64,000 nt of DNA, from positions 4,546 through 68,545 of the forward strand of contig JAHOYV010000005.1 of NCBI GenBank assembly GCA_019038745.1. Direction: 5' to 3'. Under the pieces are notes generated by a model. That model had not been told where the DNA came from. It was given only the letters and a program-made list of their open reading frames with translations, and searched no databases. This DNA comes from Gemmatimonadales bacterium (GTDB taxonomy: Bacteria > Krumholzibacteriota > Krumholzibacteriia > LZORAL124-64-63). Made by a program: the position numbers and the translations under genes. Below are positions 9,532-19,760 of this stretch, piece after piece. The first letter of the stretch is position 1; each line of letters starts with the position of its first letter.

Positions 9532-9640
9532 TCCCAGGAATGATCGGCGTGAGGGGAGAACTACCCGATAGCGCCTATCCATGGGACGGAAGGGCAGGGA
9601 CGGAACCCGCCCCGGATACGAAGAATAGAAAGGATCTGAA

Positions 9641-11068
9641 ATGAGTCCATCGATTGGACTACGCCAGAGTATGCAGCTGCGCCAACAGCTGGTGATGACC
9701 CAACGTCTCCAGCAGGCGCTGAAGTTACTGCAGGTTCCCACCCTGGAGCTTGAACAGATTTTGCGCAAGGAGCTCAACGAAAATCCTCTTCTGGAAGAGG
9801 TCGAGGCCGAGGAAGAGATCGACGAGAACACAGTTCGGGAAGCTACAATTTCGGATTTGGAAGGTACTGAACGGGACAAGGTTCCCGAACCCCAGGACGA
9901 GAACCGGGATTGGGGAGACAGCTTCGAAGATGGGTTCCGCGGTGTTTCCAACGAGCGGGCCTACGATGAGGATGACGAACTGGAACGCCCCCAGAAATAC
10001 ATCCCCACCGGGCAGGAAACCCTGACCGATCAATTACATTTGGCCATCCCGGAAGGGGCTGAGCGCAAGATCGGGGAGTACATCATCGGTTGTTTGAACC
10101 AGGACGGCATGTTGGCCTGCGCCCTGGAGGAAATCGCTTCCTTCTTCGATGTGGACGAAACGCTGGTCGAGGCAGTGCTGCAGATTGTCCAGGGCTTCGA
10201 ACCCGCCGGCGTGGCGGCCCGGGACATCCAGGAATGCCTCCTCCTGCAGCTGGAGGGCAAGGGGATGGAGGATTCAGAGGAAGCCCACATCATCCGGCAT
10301 CATTTCGAGATCCTTAAACACCGCAAGTTCGGTGATATCGCCCGCCAAATGAAAATTACTCCACACCAGGTCCAGGAAATCGCGCAACGGATCGGTGAAC
10401 TCGATCCGCGCCCAGGTTTGGCCATCGGTGGTGAGGGGGCCCGGGTGATTGTTCCCGACCTGGAAGTTGTCAAGGTCGAGGACGACGACCAGGACTACGC
10501 GGTGTATCTTCATGATGCCAATCTTCCCCGCCTGAGGGTGAGTGGTGCCTACGAGGGTCAGTCAACCAGCAACGAAAACGACGTCAAATTTATCGACGAG
10601 AAAAAACGACATGCCGAGTGGATAATCAAGACCATCGAGCAACGCCGTAGAACCATGATCAAGGTCATGGAAGCCATTGTGGCCGAGCAGAAGGATTTCT
10701 TCGAGAAGGGCGCCATCGCTCTGAGGCCACTGACCTTGCAGCAGGTGGCCTCGGTTATCGGGATGCACGAGTCTACCGTTTCACGGGTTACCCGACAGAA
10801 GTATGTTCAAACACCGCGGGGCGTTTTCCCCCTGAAATTCTTCTTCAGTGCCGGCTTGGATTCGGAGGAGGGTACGGAGATTGCCGCCAAGGCTGTAAAG
10901 ATCATGATCAAAGAGATAGTAGAAGGAGAAAATGAATCCAAGCCATTGTCCGATAAAAAGATAGTAGATATTTTACAGGAGAGTGGTCTAAAGATCGCTC
11001 GCAGAACAGTGGCCAAGTACCGGGAGCAGATGGGTATTCTCAGTGCCAGGATGCGCAAGCGCTACTGA
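9641..11068 (+). CDS. rpoN: RNA polymerase sigma-54 factor
   Basis: 475 aa. Region I is Gln/Leu-rich (MQLRQQLVMTQRLQQALKLLQVPTLELEQ), region III has an HTH, and the C-terminal RpoN box is ARRTVAKYREQMGI. Confidence 0.95.
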   Translation: MSPSIGLRQSMQLRQQLVMTQRLQQALKLLQVPTLELEQILRKELNENPLLEEVEAEEEIDENTVREATISDLEGTERDKVPEPQDENRDWGDSFEDGFRGVSNERAYDEDDELERPQKYIPTGQETLTDQLHLAIPEGAERKIGEYIIGCLNQDGMLACALEEIASFFDVDETLVEAVLQIVQGFEPAGVAARDIQECLLLQLEGKGMEDSEEAHIIRHHFEILKHRKFGDIARQMKITPHQVQEIAQRIGELDPRPGLAIGGEGARVIVPDLEVVKVEDDDQDYAVYLHDANLPRLRVSGAYEGQSTSNENDVKFIDEKKRHAEWIIKTIEQRRRTMIKVMEAIVAEQKDFFEKGAIALRPLTLQQVASVIGMHESTVSRVTRQKYVQTPRGVFPLKFFFSAGLDSEEGTEIAAKAVKIMIKEIVEGENESKPLSDKKIVDILQESGLKIARRTVAKYREQMGILSARMRKRY

Positions 11069-11112
11069 GGGGTTTGTCCCGGGTTTCAACCGCCCTGACA
11101 AAGGAGGTCGCA

Positions 11113-11643
11113 ATGCAGATGGAAATCAGTTCCCGTCATTTCACGATGAGTGACGAGCAGCACGAAGCAATCGAAGAGGCCCTGGGAAAATTGGAAAAAT
11201 ACAGCCCCCGGCCTGTGCAATCGGTGCGCCTGACTCTGATTCACGAAGCTGGCCGCTTCACCGCGGACTCGGTTCTTCACCTCAAGACCACGGAATTTCG
11301 TGCCAAGGAAGTAGGCCTCGAACCGGAATACGCGGTCACCGAGGTTGTTGAGGCCCTACGCAAGCAGCTGACTAAATTCAAGGGCAAGATCAGTGGTAAG
11401 CAGAAGGGTGAAGAAGGTGGGCTGGGGAGGGCCATGCTGGACGGTGGTGGAATTCAGGATGGAGAGTTTGCGGCTGCCGAGGGCTTCGTACTCAAGGATA
11501 TGGATGTCCAATCGGCCCGGGATGAATTCACAAGTCAGGGGCAACCTTTCCTGATCTTCCGGAATGTGGAGACCGCAAAGGTGGCCGTCATCTACCGCCG
11601 GGTCGGAGGCGACTTGGGTCACATGGAGTCCAGCAACGACTGA
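11113..11643 (+). CDS. hpf: ribosome hibernation promoting factor (sigma-54 modulation protein, long form)
   Basis: The S30AE/RaiA fold begins MQMEISSRHFTMSDEQHEAIEEALGKLEKY, and a C-terminal extension is present as in long-HPF. The position after rpoN is conserved. The ORF track begins at 11074, and the likely start is the Met at 11113. Confidence 0.85.
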   Translation: MQMEISSRHFTMSDEQHEAIEEALGKLEKYSPRPVQSVRLTLIHEAGRFTADSVLHLKTTEFRAKEVGLEPEYAVTEVVEALRKQLTKFKGKISGKQKGEEGGLGRAMLDGGGIQDGEFAAAEGFVLKDMDVQSARDEFTSQGQPFLIFRNVETAKVAVIYRRVGGDLGHMESSND

Positions 11644-11672
11644 TGGGCCGCTACACGATATAGGGGTGGGTC

Positions 11673-12641
11673 ATGGCCAGGGTCTTGGTTCAGGGTTTGT
11701 ACGAGGAATTCCGGGAACAGCTACTGCTGGAGTTGCTTACTGAAATGCCGGAGGAACCCATCATCGTTCAGGCCAGGGACATCCATCGTCCAGGCATGGC
11801 GCTGATGGGTTTCTCCGAAGATTTTCAACCCCATCGAATCCAGGTTTTCGGCGAATCGGAGATGGCCTATCTGGCGGGTTTGTCGCCCTCGGAGCAGAGT
11901 GCTGCGTTGCAGAGGGTCCTTGATCTAGACCCCCCGGTCATTTTTATCGCCATGGACCAACGGGTCCCCGCCCCCCTCATCGAACTGGCCAGGGAGAAGA
12001 AATTCCCCCTGGTGCGTTCGGCCCTTCCCGCCGTGGATTTCATTTCGGAATTGACCCACCGCCTGGAGCGGGGTTTCTCCCCGACTACTGATCTGCACGG
12101 AACGTTGGTCGACGTCTATGGGGTCGGTCTTTTATTTACTGGACGAAGCGGGATCGGCAAGAGCGAGTGCGCCCTGGATATGATCGAGCGGGGACACCGG
12201 TTGGTTGCCGACGACATCGTGGAGATCCGCAGGACCAGTGAGGACGTTTTGATCGGGCGGTACCGGGAGGTTTTACGCCACCATCTTGAGATCCGGGGCG
12301 TCGGTGTGATAGATGTACAGTCCATTTTCGGTATCCGATCCATTCGCATGCAAAAGCGGATCGAGGTGGAGGTCCAACTCCAGGAATGGGATGATTCCGT
12401 TGATTACGACCGCACCGGGTTGGGCAGCAAGTACACCGAGGTGCTGGGGGTGAACATCCCCAAAGTGATCGTACCGCTGTTTCCCGGGAAGAACATAACG
12501 GTCATCTGCGAGGTTATTGCCCTTAATTTCATGCTGAAGGTGTACGGTTACGATGCGGCGCATGTGCTGAATGAGAGGATTCTGGAGACAATGCGCTCCA
12601 GTCACCGACTGAGGGACTATTTGGATCAGGACCCGGAATAG
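11673..12641 (+). CDS. hprK: HPr kinase/phosphorylase
   Basis: 322 aa with Walker A GRSGIGKSE and the downstream signature LEIRGVGVIDV. This is full-length HprK. Confidence 0.9.
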   Translation: MARVLVQGLYEEFREQLLLELLTEMPEEPIIVQARDIHRPGMALMGFSEDFQPHRIQVFGESEMAYLAGLSPSEQSAALQRVLDLDPPVIFIAMDQRVPAPLIELAREKKFPLVRSALPAVDFISELTHRLERGFSPTTDLHGTLVDVYGVGLLFTGRSGIGKSECALDMIERGHRLVADDIVEIRRTSEDVLIGRYREVLRHHLEIRGVGVIDVQSIFGIRSIRMQKRIEVEVQLQEWDDSVDYDRTGLGSKYTEVLGVNIPKVIVPLFPGKNITVICEVIALNFMLKVYGYDAAHVLNERILETMRSSHRLRDYLDQDPE

Positions 12642-12667
12642 AGAAGCTGCTTGAAAGGATTAAGGGC

Positions 12668-13078
12668 ATGATCAGGGCATTGGTGATGACACACGGCCAG
12701 ATCGGAACCGAATTGGTGAAGGTCGTGGAAATGATCCTGGGTCCGATCGAGGGATTGGACGCCATGAGCAATCATGGCCTTTCAGGGGATGATCTGAGAG
12801 TCGAGGCTGCGGCCTGGATCGGGTCGGACCCCGGACTGGTGGATGAATCGAATCCCCTGGATCCTCCAGTGCTGATTTTCGTCGATGATTTCGGAGGTAG
12901 CTGTGGAACCGCTGCCCAGTTCTGCTGCGCCCAATGCCCCGGGGCGGCAATCGTAGCCGGTGTGAACTTGGCCATGTTGCTGGGTTTCGTCACTTGGCGG
13001 GAAGACAATGATCTGGATGAGTTGGTGAGGCAAATCGTGCAAAAGGGCCGGGAATCCATTGTTCGGCTGGGGATGTAA
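12668..13078 (+). CDS. PTS mannose-family EIIA component
   Basis: 136 aa beginning MIRALVMTHGQIG..., the EIIA-Man fold N-terminus with a phosphorylatable His near position 9. Confidence 0.7.
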   Translation: MIRALVMTHGQIGTELVKVVEMILGPIEGLDAMSNHGLSGDDLRVEAAAWIGSDPGLVDESNPLDPPVLIFVDDFGGSCGTAAQFCCAQCPGAAIVAGVNLAMLLGFVTWREDNDLDELVRQIVQKGRESIVRLGM

Positions 13079-13080
13079 GG

Positions 13081-13578
13081 ATGCCTGTCGTTCTGGCGCG
13101 CATTGACGACCGACTCATCCATGGGCAAGTGACCGCCGGTTGGGCTCCACAACTCCAGCCTACCCGGATCATTTTGGCCAACAACGCCATCGCAACCGAC
13201 TCTTGGCAAAGCCGGGTCTACGCCAGTTCCGTCCCGCCAGGCATAGAAGTCTCAATCCTTTCCATAGCTGGGGCCGCATCCCTGTTGGCCAGTCGGGAGA
13301 GCGCCGGAGAACGCTCAATCCTGTTGACCGGATCGGCGGGCGAGATGGCTGAGCTGGTGCGTCTGGGAGCACCACTGGTTTGTATCAACCTGGGGGGTGT
13401 CCACTTCAGCCCCGGCAAGGTGGAGATGCTGCCCTGGGTCTATCTTGATAGCCAGGATCTGGTTGCCTTGCGACGCCTCCTGGAGATGGGGGTCGAGCTG
13501 AGCGCCCAACAGGTGCCCGGCGGCCGTGAGGTAAGCATTGATTCGGGCAATCTCCTGGAGCTGGAGGAGAAATTCTGA
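13081..13578 (+). CDS. PTS mannose/sorbose-family EIIB component
   Basis: 165 aa. The N-terminal RIDDRLIHGQV is the canonical EIIB-Man active-site His motif. Confidence 0.75.
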   Translation: MPVVLARIDDRLIHGQVTAGWAPQLQPTRIILANNAIATDSWQSRVYASSVPPGIEVSILSIAGAASLLASRESAGERSILLTGSAGEMAELVRLGAPLVCINLGGVHFSPGKVEMLPWVYLDSQDLVALRRLLEMGVELSAQQVPGGREVSIDSGNLLELEEKF

Positions 13579-14375
13579 TGTCGGTCCTGTCCGGCAGTAT
13601 GGTGGTTGTTTCTGCAGTAAGTTATGCGCCCTTTATCGCTACCACTGTTGCTGGTGAGGCCTCCTGGCCCTCCCTCTTTTTTCTGAGCCTGCTAGGGGGT
13701 TTTTTGGCCCTTGATGATACCGCTTTGGCTCAAACCTGGTTCAGTCAACCCCTTGCGGCAGGGGCGCTTGCAGGCATTTTTTGCGGTGATCCCGCGGCCG
13801 GGCTGGCGGTGGGATTGCTTGTGCAACTGGTTAAGGTGGGGGATCTCCCCGTCGGTCAATCTTTCACTGGCGAACCGGCTGTCCCGGTTGTGGCCGCCAT
13901 CGGTGGGGTAGTCCTGGGTGGGCATCGATTGGCCTTGCCGTTTCAGAACGCCAGCCTGGATTCGGTGGCTTTGACAGGTTGGGTGGTTCTGGGTGTGGGG
14001 TTACTTAGCGCAGTCGGCCACTGGATAGTCCAGGCAGAACGGCGAGCCCATGTTCTGTGGATGCTGCAGGGCCATCTTACGCTTCGGGATGGTGCCTTGG
14101 GTCGTATCGAACGGCTCCACTTTCGTTGTCTGGCTTCGACGTTCTTGAGGGGATTTATCTTCTGTAGTCTTTTTCTTCTTTTGTTTCTGCGATTGTGGGT
14201 GCCTGCGTTCGAGTATTTGCCGGTTCGAGCCAGGGATGCCATGGCCATGTTGCCTTTGATCCTGCCTGGGTTGGGGATCGGTGCCCTGGTTGACCGCTTC
14301 GGACTTGGAAACTGCTGGCATTGGTTGACCGGCGGAGCTGTCCTTTCCTTTGCCTTGTCACGGTTTCTATTATGA
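13578..14375 (+). CDS. PTS mannose-family EIIC membrane component
   Basis: 265-aa polytopic membrane protein, Gly/Ala/Leu-rich, positioned between EIIB-Man and EIID-Man. Its start overlaps the EIIB stop. Confidence 0.55.
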   Translation: MSVLSGSMVVVSAVSYAPFIATTVAGEASWPSLFFLSLLGGFLALDDTALAQTWFSQPLAAGALAGIFCGDPAAGLAVGLLVQLVKVGDLPVGQSFTGEPAVPVVAAIGGVVLGGHRLALPFQNASLDSVALTGWVVLGVGLLSAVGHWIVQAERRAHVLWMLQGHLTLRDGALGRIERLHFRCLASTFLRGFIFCSLFLLLFLRLWVPAFEYLPVRARDAMAMLPLILPGLGIGALVDRFGLGNCWHWLTGGAVLSFALSRFLL

Positions 14376-15172
14376 GTATCGACAACGGCAAATTTTCCGG
14401 AGACGCAAGAGCGAAGGGTAAAGCGCTTTCCGGGCGATTGCGTTGGACCATTTTTCTGAGATCCCTGTCCCTTCAGGCCTCATGGAACGGACAGCGGATG
14501 CAGAACCTGGGCCTGTTGACGGTCATGTTGCCCTGGGTTCGATCACAGCCTCGTGAGCTGAATTCCGACAGGGTTTTCTGCCGCCGGTATTACGAGTTCT
14601 TCAACACCAATCCCTATCTGGCAAACTACCTGATTGGAGGCTTGATCCGCCTGGAAGAAGAGCGGGTCGATAGGGGAACGGACGCCCCGGACCCTACCGG
14701 TTCCTTTCGGGATTCCCTTGGGCGGGCCTTCGCCTCGCTGGGAGACCAACTTTTCTGGCTTGGAATCCGCCCCGCCCTGGTCATGGGGACCTGTTTATTG
14801 GCCTTGGAAGGACAAGCTGGAGCAATTCTGGCCGTAGTCGGTATTTTCGCGGCCCTGCAACTGGGGTTGCGCTGGAGGTCTCTTGGCCGGGGGTACGAGT
14901 TGGGGATGGATATCGTTGACCTGTTGGGGAACCCTCGGTGGCACCGGGCCATCCTGTTCGCCAGGGTATCCGGTGCAGTGGCCACCGGACTGGTCGCTGG
15001 GTGGTATCTTTACCACCCAACCGATATGGGTCTTGCCGGAGAACGGACCCTGCCCTGGATCGGGCTCTGTGTGGGTTGGACTATGCCCGCCCTGCTGCGT
15101 AAACGTCTACCGGGAGAGGGATTGCTGGTTCTGGCCGCTTTTTTGGTCCTGGTGATGGCCTTTGCCATTTGA
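14372..15172 (+). CDS. PTS mannose-family EIID membrane component
   Basis: The likely start is MSIDNGKF (ATGA overlap with EIIC). An amphipathic N-terminus is followed by YYEFFNTNPYLANYLIGG, the EIID-Man signature, and then TM segments. Confidence 0.6.
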   Translation: MSIDNGKFSGDARAKGKALSGRLRWTIFLRSLSLQASWNGQRMQNLGLLTVMLPWVRSQPRELNSDRVFCRRYYEFFNTNPYLANYLIGGLIRLEEERVDRGTDAPDPTGSFRDSLGRAFASLGDQLFWLGIRPALVMGTCLLALEGQAGAILAVVGIFAALQLGLRWRSLGRGYELGMDIVDLLGNPRWHRAILFARVSGAVATGLVAGWYLYHPTDMGLAGERTLPWIGLCVGWTMPALLRKRLPGEGLLVLAAFLVLVMAFAI

Positions 15173-15240
15173 AGAAATTGTGTTAAATTTATGGTGCTTG
15201 GTATTTCACTTATCTTCCATACCATTAAGGGAATTCAGTT

Positions 15241-15519
15241 TTGAGGATTGCGAACGCAACCGTTTCCGATCCGGTGGGTTTTCACCTAAGAGCCGCCGGG
15301 CGAATCGTTAAGTTGACCAAGGTCTTCACCTCGGAAGTGACGATCAGGTACAACGGCCGGTCAGCGAATGCTAAGAGCATCATGGGACTTGCCAGCCTGG
15401 CAGCCGAATATCAGACCGTCGTTGAGGTGGAAGTTCAAGGCTCTGATGAGGAGGAGGCCTTGGCTCGCATCATCGAACTGATAGAGGTGGAACTGGGAAA
15501 GCCTGAAACCGTCGAGTGA
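15241..15519 (+). CDS. ptsH: phosphocarrier protein HPr
   Basis: 92 aa from a TTG start. The active-site His15 context is VGFHLRAAG and the regulatory Ser46 context is GRSANAKSIMGL, the HprK target site. Confidence 0.8.
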   Translation: MRIANATVSDPVGFHLRAAGRIVKLTKVFTSEVTIRYNGRSANAKSIMGLASLAAEYQTVVEVEVQGSDEEEALARIIELIEVELGKPETVE

Positions 15520-15553
15520 ATCCCAACCCTGCAAAACCCTGATTGAGGCGATA

Positions 15554-17308
15554 ATGAAGACTTTTCAGGGAATTGCTGCTTCCTCAGGTTATGCCGTAGG
15601 TCCTGTCCATAAGATCCGATTGAAGACCATTGTCCCTGCCCGCCGCTCTATCCGGCCGACCGATATCTCTACTGAAAAATCTCGCTTTGGTCAGGCGGTA
15701 GCCATCGCCCGGGATGAGATCCAGGATCTGATCAAACAGTTGGAACGCGATCTGGGGCCCGAAGAAGCCGGGATACTCTCCAGTCAACTTTTCATCCTCG
15801 AAGACGAGATGGTCTGGGATGCCACTTTGGCTGTCATTCAATTGGATCGGATCAACGCAGAGGCGGCTTTTGCCAAGACAGTGGGAGATGTCGCCGCGCG
15901 TTTTCTGGAAATCGAGGAGGAGACCTTTCGCGAGAGGGTCAACGATTTGAGGGATGTTGAGCAGAGAGTGCTGCGCGCTTTCCTGGGTGACATTCCTGCC
16001 GAGTCCATCCTGCCGAAAGTTCCATCCATCATCGTTTCCCGGAATCTTACGCCCAGCGACACGGCCGCCCTGGGACGTGATCTCGTTCTGGGATTCGTAA
16101 TGGACGAGGGCGGCAATACCAGCCACGTTGCTATCCTGGCCCGATCCCTTGGGGTCCCGGCCTTGGTCGGCTTGAAGGATGCTTCCCCGGCTCTTGAAAA
16201 CGGAATAGAGGTGGCCGTGGATGGGATCGCGGGAATCCTCACCGTACAGCCGGACGAGCAGACCAGGGGCCGGTTCAGTATGCTTCAATGCCAGCAGGTT
16301 GTGATCAACGAGAAACTGGCCGGTCTGAAGGACCTGGAAGCGATTACACCGGATGGCCACCGGGTTCGGATGATGGCCAACATCGAATTGCCGATAGAAG
16401 TAGACGAAGCTCTGGCACGGGGCGCCGAGGGTATCGGCCTTCTGAGGACCGAGTATATCTTCTTCCAGCATCAGACCATTCCCAGCTTGGATGATCAGGT
16501 CCGGATCTATTCCGAGATGGTTCGGCGTATGGCCGGCCGGCCGGTGATATTCCGTACCCTGGATGTGGGCGGGGACAAGGTGTCGGATTACCTGGGAGCC
16601 AAACGGGAGTACAATCCTTTCCTGGGCTGGCGCGGGATCCGGTTCTCCCTTGCCAACCGGGTCCTTTTCAAAACGCAGATCAAGGCGATATACCAGGCCG
16701 CTACCGTCGGCAGCGCCAAATTGATGTTCCCCATGATATCGGGTGTGCAGGAATTGCGTGAAGCAAGAGAGGTTTGTCAGGAAGCCGTGGCGGAATTGGA
16801 GCGGGATGGAATTCCCCACACGCCCTCCCTGGAAATCGGCATCATGGTGGAAACTCCTTCAGCTGTCCTGGTTGCCGATCTGCTGGCCAGGGAATGCGAT
16901 TTTTTCAGCATCGGATCCAACGATCTGATCCAGTACACTCTGGCAATGGATCGGGGCAACAGCCGTGTTTCGTATTTGTACCAACCGTTGCATCCGGCCA
17001 TCCTGCGCAGCATAAAAGACACCGTGCTGGCTGCTCACGAAGCTGGGATTTGGGTAGGTCTTTGCGGTGAGATGGGATCCGAGACCCGGTTGGCTGAGGT
17101 CCTGCTGGGATTGGAACTGGACGAGATCAGTCTGCACGGGGCCGCCTTGCCCAAGGTTAAGCAGGTTATCCGCTGGACAAAACTTGCAGAAGCTCGGCGG
17201 ATCGTCGATCATCTGCTCTCGGTATCCACGGCAGAAGAGGGCAACCGCTGGTTGGCGGATTATATCAACCATCGCAAACGGGAACGCGGTGAAGGAGAGG
17301 AACTCTGA
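15554..17308 (+). CDS. ptsI: phosphoenolpyruvate-protein phosphotransferase (PTS Enzyme I)
   Basis: 584 aa with the phosphohistidine domain GGNTSHVAILARSLGVPALVG and a C-terminal PEP-utilizing TIM-barrel domain (DVGGDK, GSNDLIQYT). Confidence 0.95.
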   Translation: MKTFQGIAASSGYAVGPVHKIRLKTIVPARRSIRPTDISTEKSRFGQAVAIARDEIQDLIKQLERDLGPEEAGILSSQLFILEDEMVWDATLAVIQLDRINAEAAFAKTVGDVAARFLEIEEETFRERVNDLRDVEQRVLRAFLGDIPAESILPKVPSIIVSRNLTPSDTAALGRDLVLGFVMDEGGNTSHVAILARSLGVPALVGLKDASPALENGIEVAVDGIAGILTVQPDEQTRGRFSMLQCQQVVINEKLAGLKDLEAITPDGHRVRMMANIELPIEVDEALARGAEGIGLLRTEYIFFQHQTIPSLDDQVRIYSEMVRRMAGRPVIFRTLDVGGDKVSDYLGAKREYNPFLGWRGIRFSLANRVLFKTQIKAIYQAATVGSAKLMFPMISGVQELREAREVCQEAVAELERDGIPHTPSLEIGIMVETPSAVLVADLLARECDFFSIGSNDLIQYTLAMDRGNSRVSYLYQPLHPAILRSIKDTVLAAHEAGIWVGLCGEMGSETRLAEVLLGLELDEISLHGAALPKVKQVIRWTKLAEARRIVDHLLSVSTAEEGNRWLADYINHRKRERGEGEEL

Positions 17309-18402
17309 TGTCCGCGTGGTCAACAGACGGCACCCAAGAAATGATGTCCCTCGTCGCTGCTTTTCCAGATCACCTGGCAGCCAGCGCCGGGTTGAATCAA
17401 CTGGGGGAGATTGCTCCCCTGTCGGCTTCCTGTCGTCGGATCCTGTTCTGCGGGATGGGGGGATCGGCGATTGCAGGTGAGTTGGTTCAGCCCGTGTTGC
17501 AGGATCAGCGAATTTCCCTGACGGTATGGAGGGATTACGGATTGCCCCACTGGGTCGGTGAGGAGGACCTGGTAGTTGCGGCCAGCTATTCGGGGAATAC
17601 CGAAGAGACCCTTTCGGCGCTGGCAGCAGCCCGATCCATCGGCTGTCGGGTGCTGGGCCTGAGCTCGGGTGGAATATTGAAAGCCATGGGTGGCAAGGAG
17701 GACGGCACTGGTTTTCCAGTGGTGGAATTGCCGGGCGGTTTTCCTCCCCGGGCTTCCCTGGGGTATGGCCTGGGCGGTTTGTTGCACCTCCTGGCGGCAC
17801 TGGGTGTTATTCGGGAACCTGATGAAGAAATCGATCGGGTCTGTCGCCGATTGCGTGACGATTTAACCGGGAGTCTATTGCCCTGGAACGTGAAAAATAG
17901 CCAAGCATGGCAGGCCGGAGAAGACACGAACATTTCCGCCCCTGAATTGGCATTGGATCTCCAGGAGAAAATTCCGGTGATTTACACCGCTGGGCCTGAG
18001 GCTCACGGCCCGGGCAGTCGTTGGAAAGCCCAGCTGAACGAAAATGCCAAAATACCGGCCTGTCTGGTGGCTTTTCCCGAATTGAACCACAACGACCTGG
18101 TGGGCTGGAGCTTGCCGGAGGATTTGCGCACGCGATTTGCCCTGATCATATTGGAAAGCGGCAACCTTGATTCCCGCGCACGAATCCGCGTTGACGCTAC
18201 CATGAAACTATTGGCGGATGAATTTTCTTCGAGTTACCGTATTGTTGCCAAGGGGGACACTCCCCTTTCAAGAGTTCTTTCGCTGGTGCAGTACGGTGAT
18301 CTCCTCAGTTGTCATTTGGCTCACCTGGCTGGAGTGGATTCCATGCCGGTGGATCGTATCGAGAGTCTGAAAAAGATTCTTTCACTGGGACAAAACCCGT
18401 AA
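17308..18402 (+). CDS. bifunctional phosphoglucose/phosphomannose isomerase-like SIS-domain protein
   Basis: 364 aa with two SIS-like halves ([13 protein letters not shown]; [13 protein letters not shown]), the architecture of archaeal-type PGI/PMI. Its start overlaps the ptsI stop (TGATG). Confidence 0.55.
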   Translation: MSAWSTDGTQEMMSLVAAFPDHLAASAGLNQLGEIAPLSASCRRILFCGMGGSAIAGELVQPVLQDQRISLTVWRDYGLPHWVGEEDLVVAASYSGNTEETLSALAAARSIGCRVLGLSSGGILKAMGGKEDGTGFPVVELPGGFPPRASLGYGLGGLLHLLAALGVIREPDEEIDRVCRRLRDDLTGSLLPWNVKNSQAWQAGEDTNISAPELALDLQEKIPVIYTAGPEAHGPGSRWKAQLNENAKIPACLVAFPELNHNDLVGWSLPEDLRTRFALIILESGNLDSRARIRVDATMKLLADEFSSSYRIVAKGDTPLSRVLSLVQYGDLLSCHLAHLAGVDSMPVDRIESLKKILSLGQNP

Positions 18403-18436
18403 GCTACCGGCCATTAACCGGAAAAAAGGAACAATA

Positions 18437-19582
18437 ATGAGCGAAAAATTCCTCTTCACCAGTGAGTCGGTTACCGAAGGGCATCCTGACAAGATGGCTG
18501 ACCAAATTTCCGATTCGGTCGTCGATGCTATCATGAAGGCTGATTCAAATGGTCGAGTGGCCTGTGAAACTCTTGTTACCACCGGAGTCGCTTTTTTAGG
18601 CGGGGAAATTACCACTTCCACTTACGTGGATATTCCCACGCTGGTTCGCGACACGATCAGGGGCATCGGTTACAACTCCGCGGATTTCGGCTTCGACGCG
18701 GACACATGCTCGGTATTGATCTCACTGGATGAGCAATCTCCTGATATTGCCATGGGAGTGAACCCGGGAGGGGCGGGAGACCAGGGTCTGATGTTCGGCT
18801 ATGCCTGCCGGGAAACCGATGTTCTGATGCCGCTACCGATCACGATGGCTCATCGAATGGCCCAGCGCCTGGCCCAGGTTCGCAAGGATGGGATCCTGCC
18901 CTGGGTGAGGCCCGACGGCAAGACCCAGATCACTGCCTTGTATGAGGGCCATCGCCCGGTGGCGATCGACACCGTTGTGGTTTCCACTCAGCACGGTCCT
19001 GATGTCTCGAATGAGGATTTGCACGAAGGAATCAGAGCCCAGGTCATCGAACCGGTCCTGGCTGACTTTGACGTTGACCATGAGGGGTACAAGGCTCACA
19101 TCAATCCCACTGGTCGCTTCGTGGTCGGCGGGCCCCAGGGTGATTGCGGCTTGACGGGCCGAAAAATCATCGTCGATACGTATGGAGGCAGCGCCTGCCA
19201 TGGGGGCGGGGCGTTCAGCGGCAAGGATTCAACCAAGGTAGACCGTTCCGGCGCCTACGCAGCGCGGCACGTTGCCAAGAACATAGTCTCCGCCGGGCTG
19301 GCAGATCGGTGTCAGGTCCAGGTGGCCTACGCCATCGGCGTCGCGGAACCTGTTTCCATAACCGTGGACACCTATGGTACTGGTTCGGCAACGGATTCCC
19401 AGATAACTAATGCCGTGCGCAAGGTAGTGGATCTAACTCCGGCCGGTATTATTGAGCGGTTGCAACTGCGAAAGCCAATTTTCCAACCGACTGCCGCTTA
19501 CGGTCACTTCGGCCGCAAGGATTATAATTTCAGTTGGGAAGAACTGGATTTGGCTGACAAACTGAAGAATGCGATGGAATAA
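18437..19582 (+). CDS. metK: S-adenosylmethionine synthetase
   Basis: 381 aa containing [21 protein letters not shown] and the other MetK motifs. Confidence 0.95.
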   Translation: MSEKFLFTSESVTEGHPDKMADQISDSVVDAIMKADSNGRVACETLVTTGVAFLGGEITTSTYVDIPTLVRDTIRGIGYNSADFGFDADTCSVLISLDEQSPDIAMGVNPGGAGDQGLMFGYACRETDVLMPLPITMAHRMAQRLAQVRKDGILPWVRPDGKTQITALYEGHRPVAIDTVVVSTQHGPDVSNEDLHEGIRAQVIEPVLADFDVDHEGYKAHINPTGRFVVGGPQGDCGLTGRKIIVDTYGGSACHGGGAFSGKDSTKVDRSGAYAARHVAKNIVSAGLADRCQVQVAYAIGVAEPVSITVDTYGTGSATDSQITNAVRKVVDLTPAGIIERLQLRKPIFQPTAAYGHFGRKDYNFSWEELDLADKLKNAME

Positions 19583-19606
19583 TCTCCAGACCCATTCAAA
19601 ATAAAA

Positions 19607-19640
19607 AGAGGCGAGGCCGTAGGCCTCGCCTCTTGTTATG
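19607..19640 (+). terminator. rho-independent terminator after metK
   Basis: AGAGGCGAGGCC-gta-GGCCTCGCCTCT is a perfect 12-bp stem, followed by TGTTAT. Confidence 0.7.
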
Positions 19641-19714
19641 CCCCAAACTGAAGCCCGCCGTGCGTTACATCATGTGGCAAAGCTCTGATTCTAACTGACT
19701 CATATGAGAAACAG

Positions 19715-19744
19715 AAAAGCGGCGGCCACAAGGACCGCCGCTTG
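19715..19744 (-). terminator. rho-independent terminator (minus strand) downstream of the C-type-lectin-like gene
   Basis: The minus strand reads CAAGCGGCGGTCCTTGTGGCCGCCGCTTTT, a GC stem followed by a T-run. A near-identical copy lies at 20524-20555. Confidence 0.5.
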
Positions 19745-19760
19745 CCGATTGTTGGACTCG

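Noticed and set aside
15584-17800. Antisense ORFs of 411 aa and 313 aa opposite ptsI and the PGI/PMI gene
   Set aside because: They are antisense to confidently identified genes and have no motifs. This is a GC-content artefact.
18403-18436. SAM riboswitch upstream of metK
   Set aside because: The intergenic gap is only 34 nt, too short for any SAM riboswitch class.
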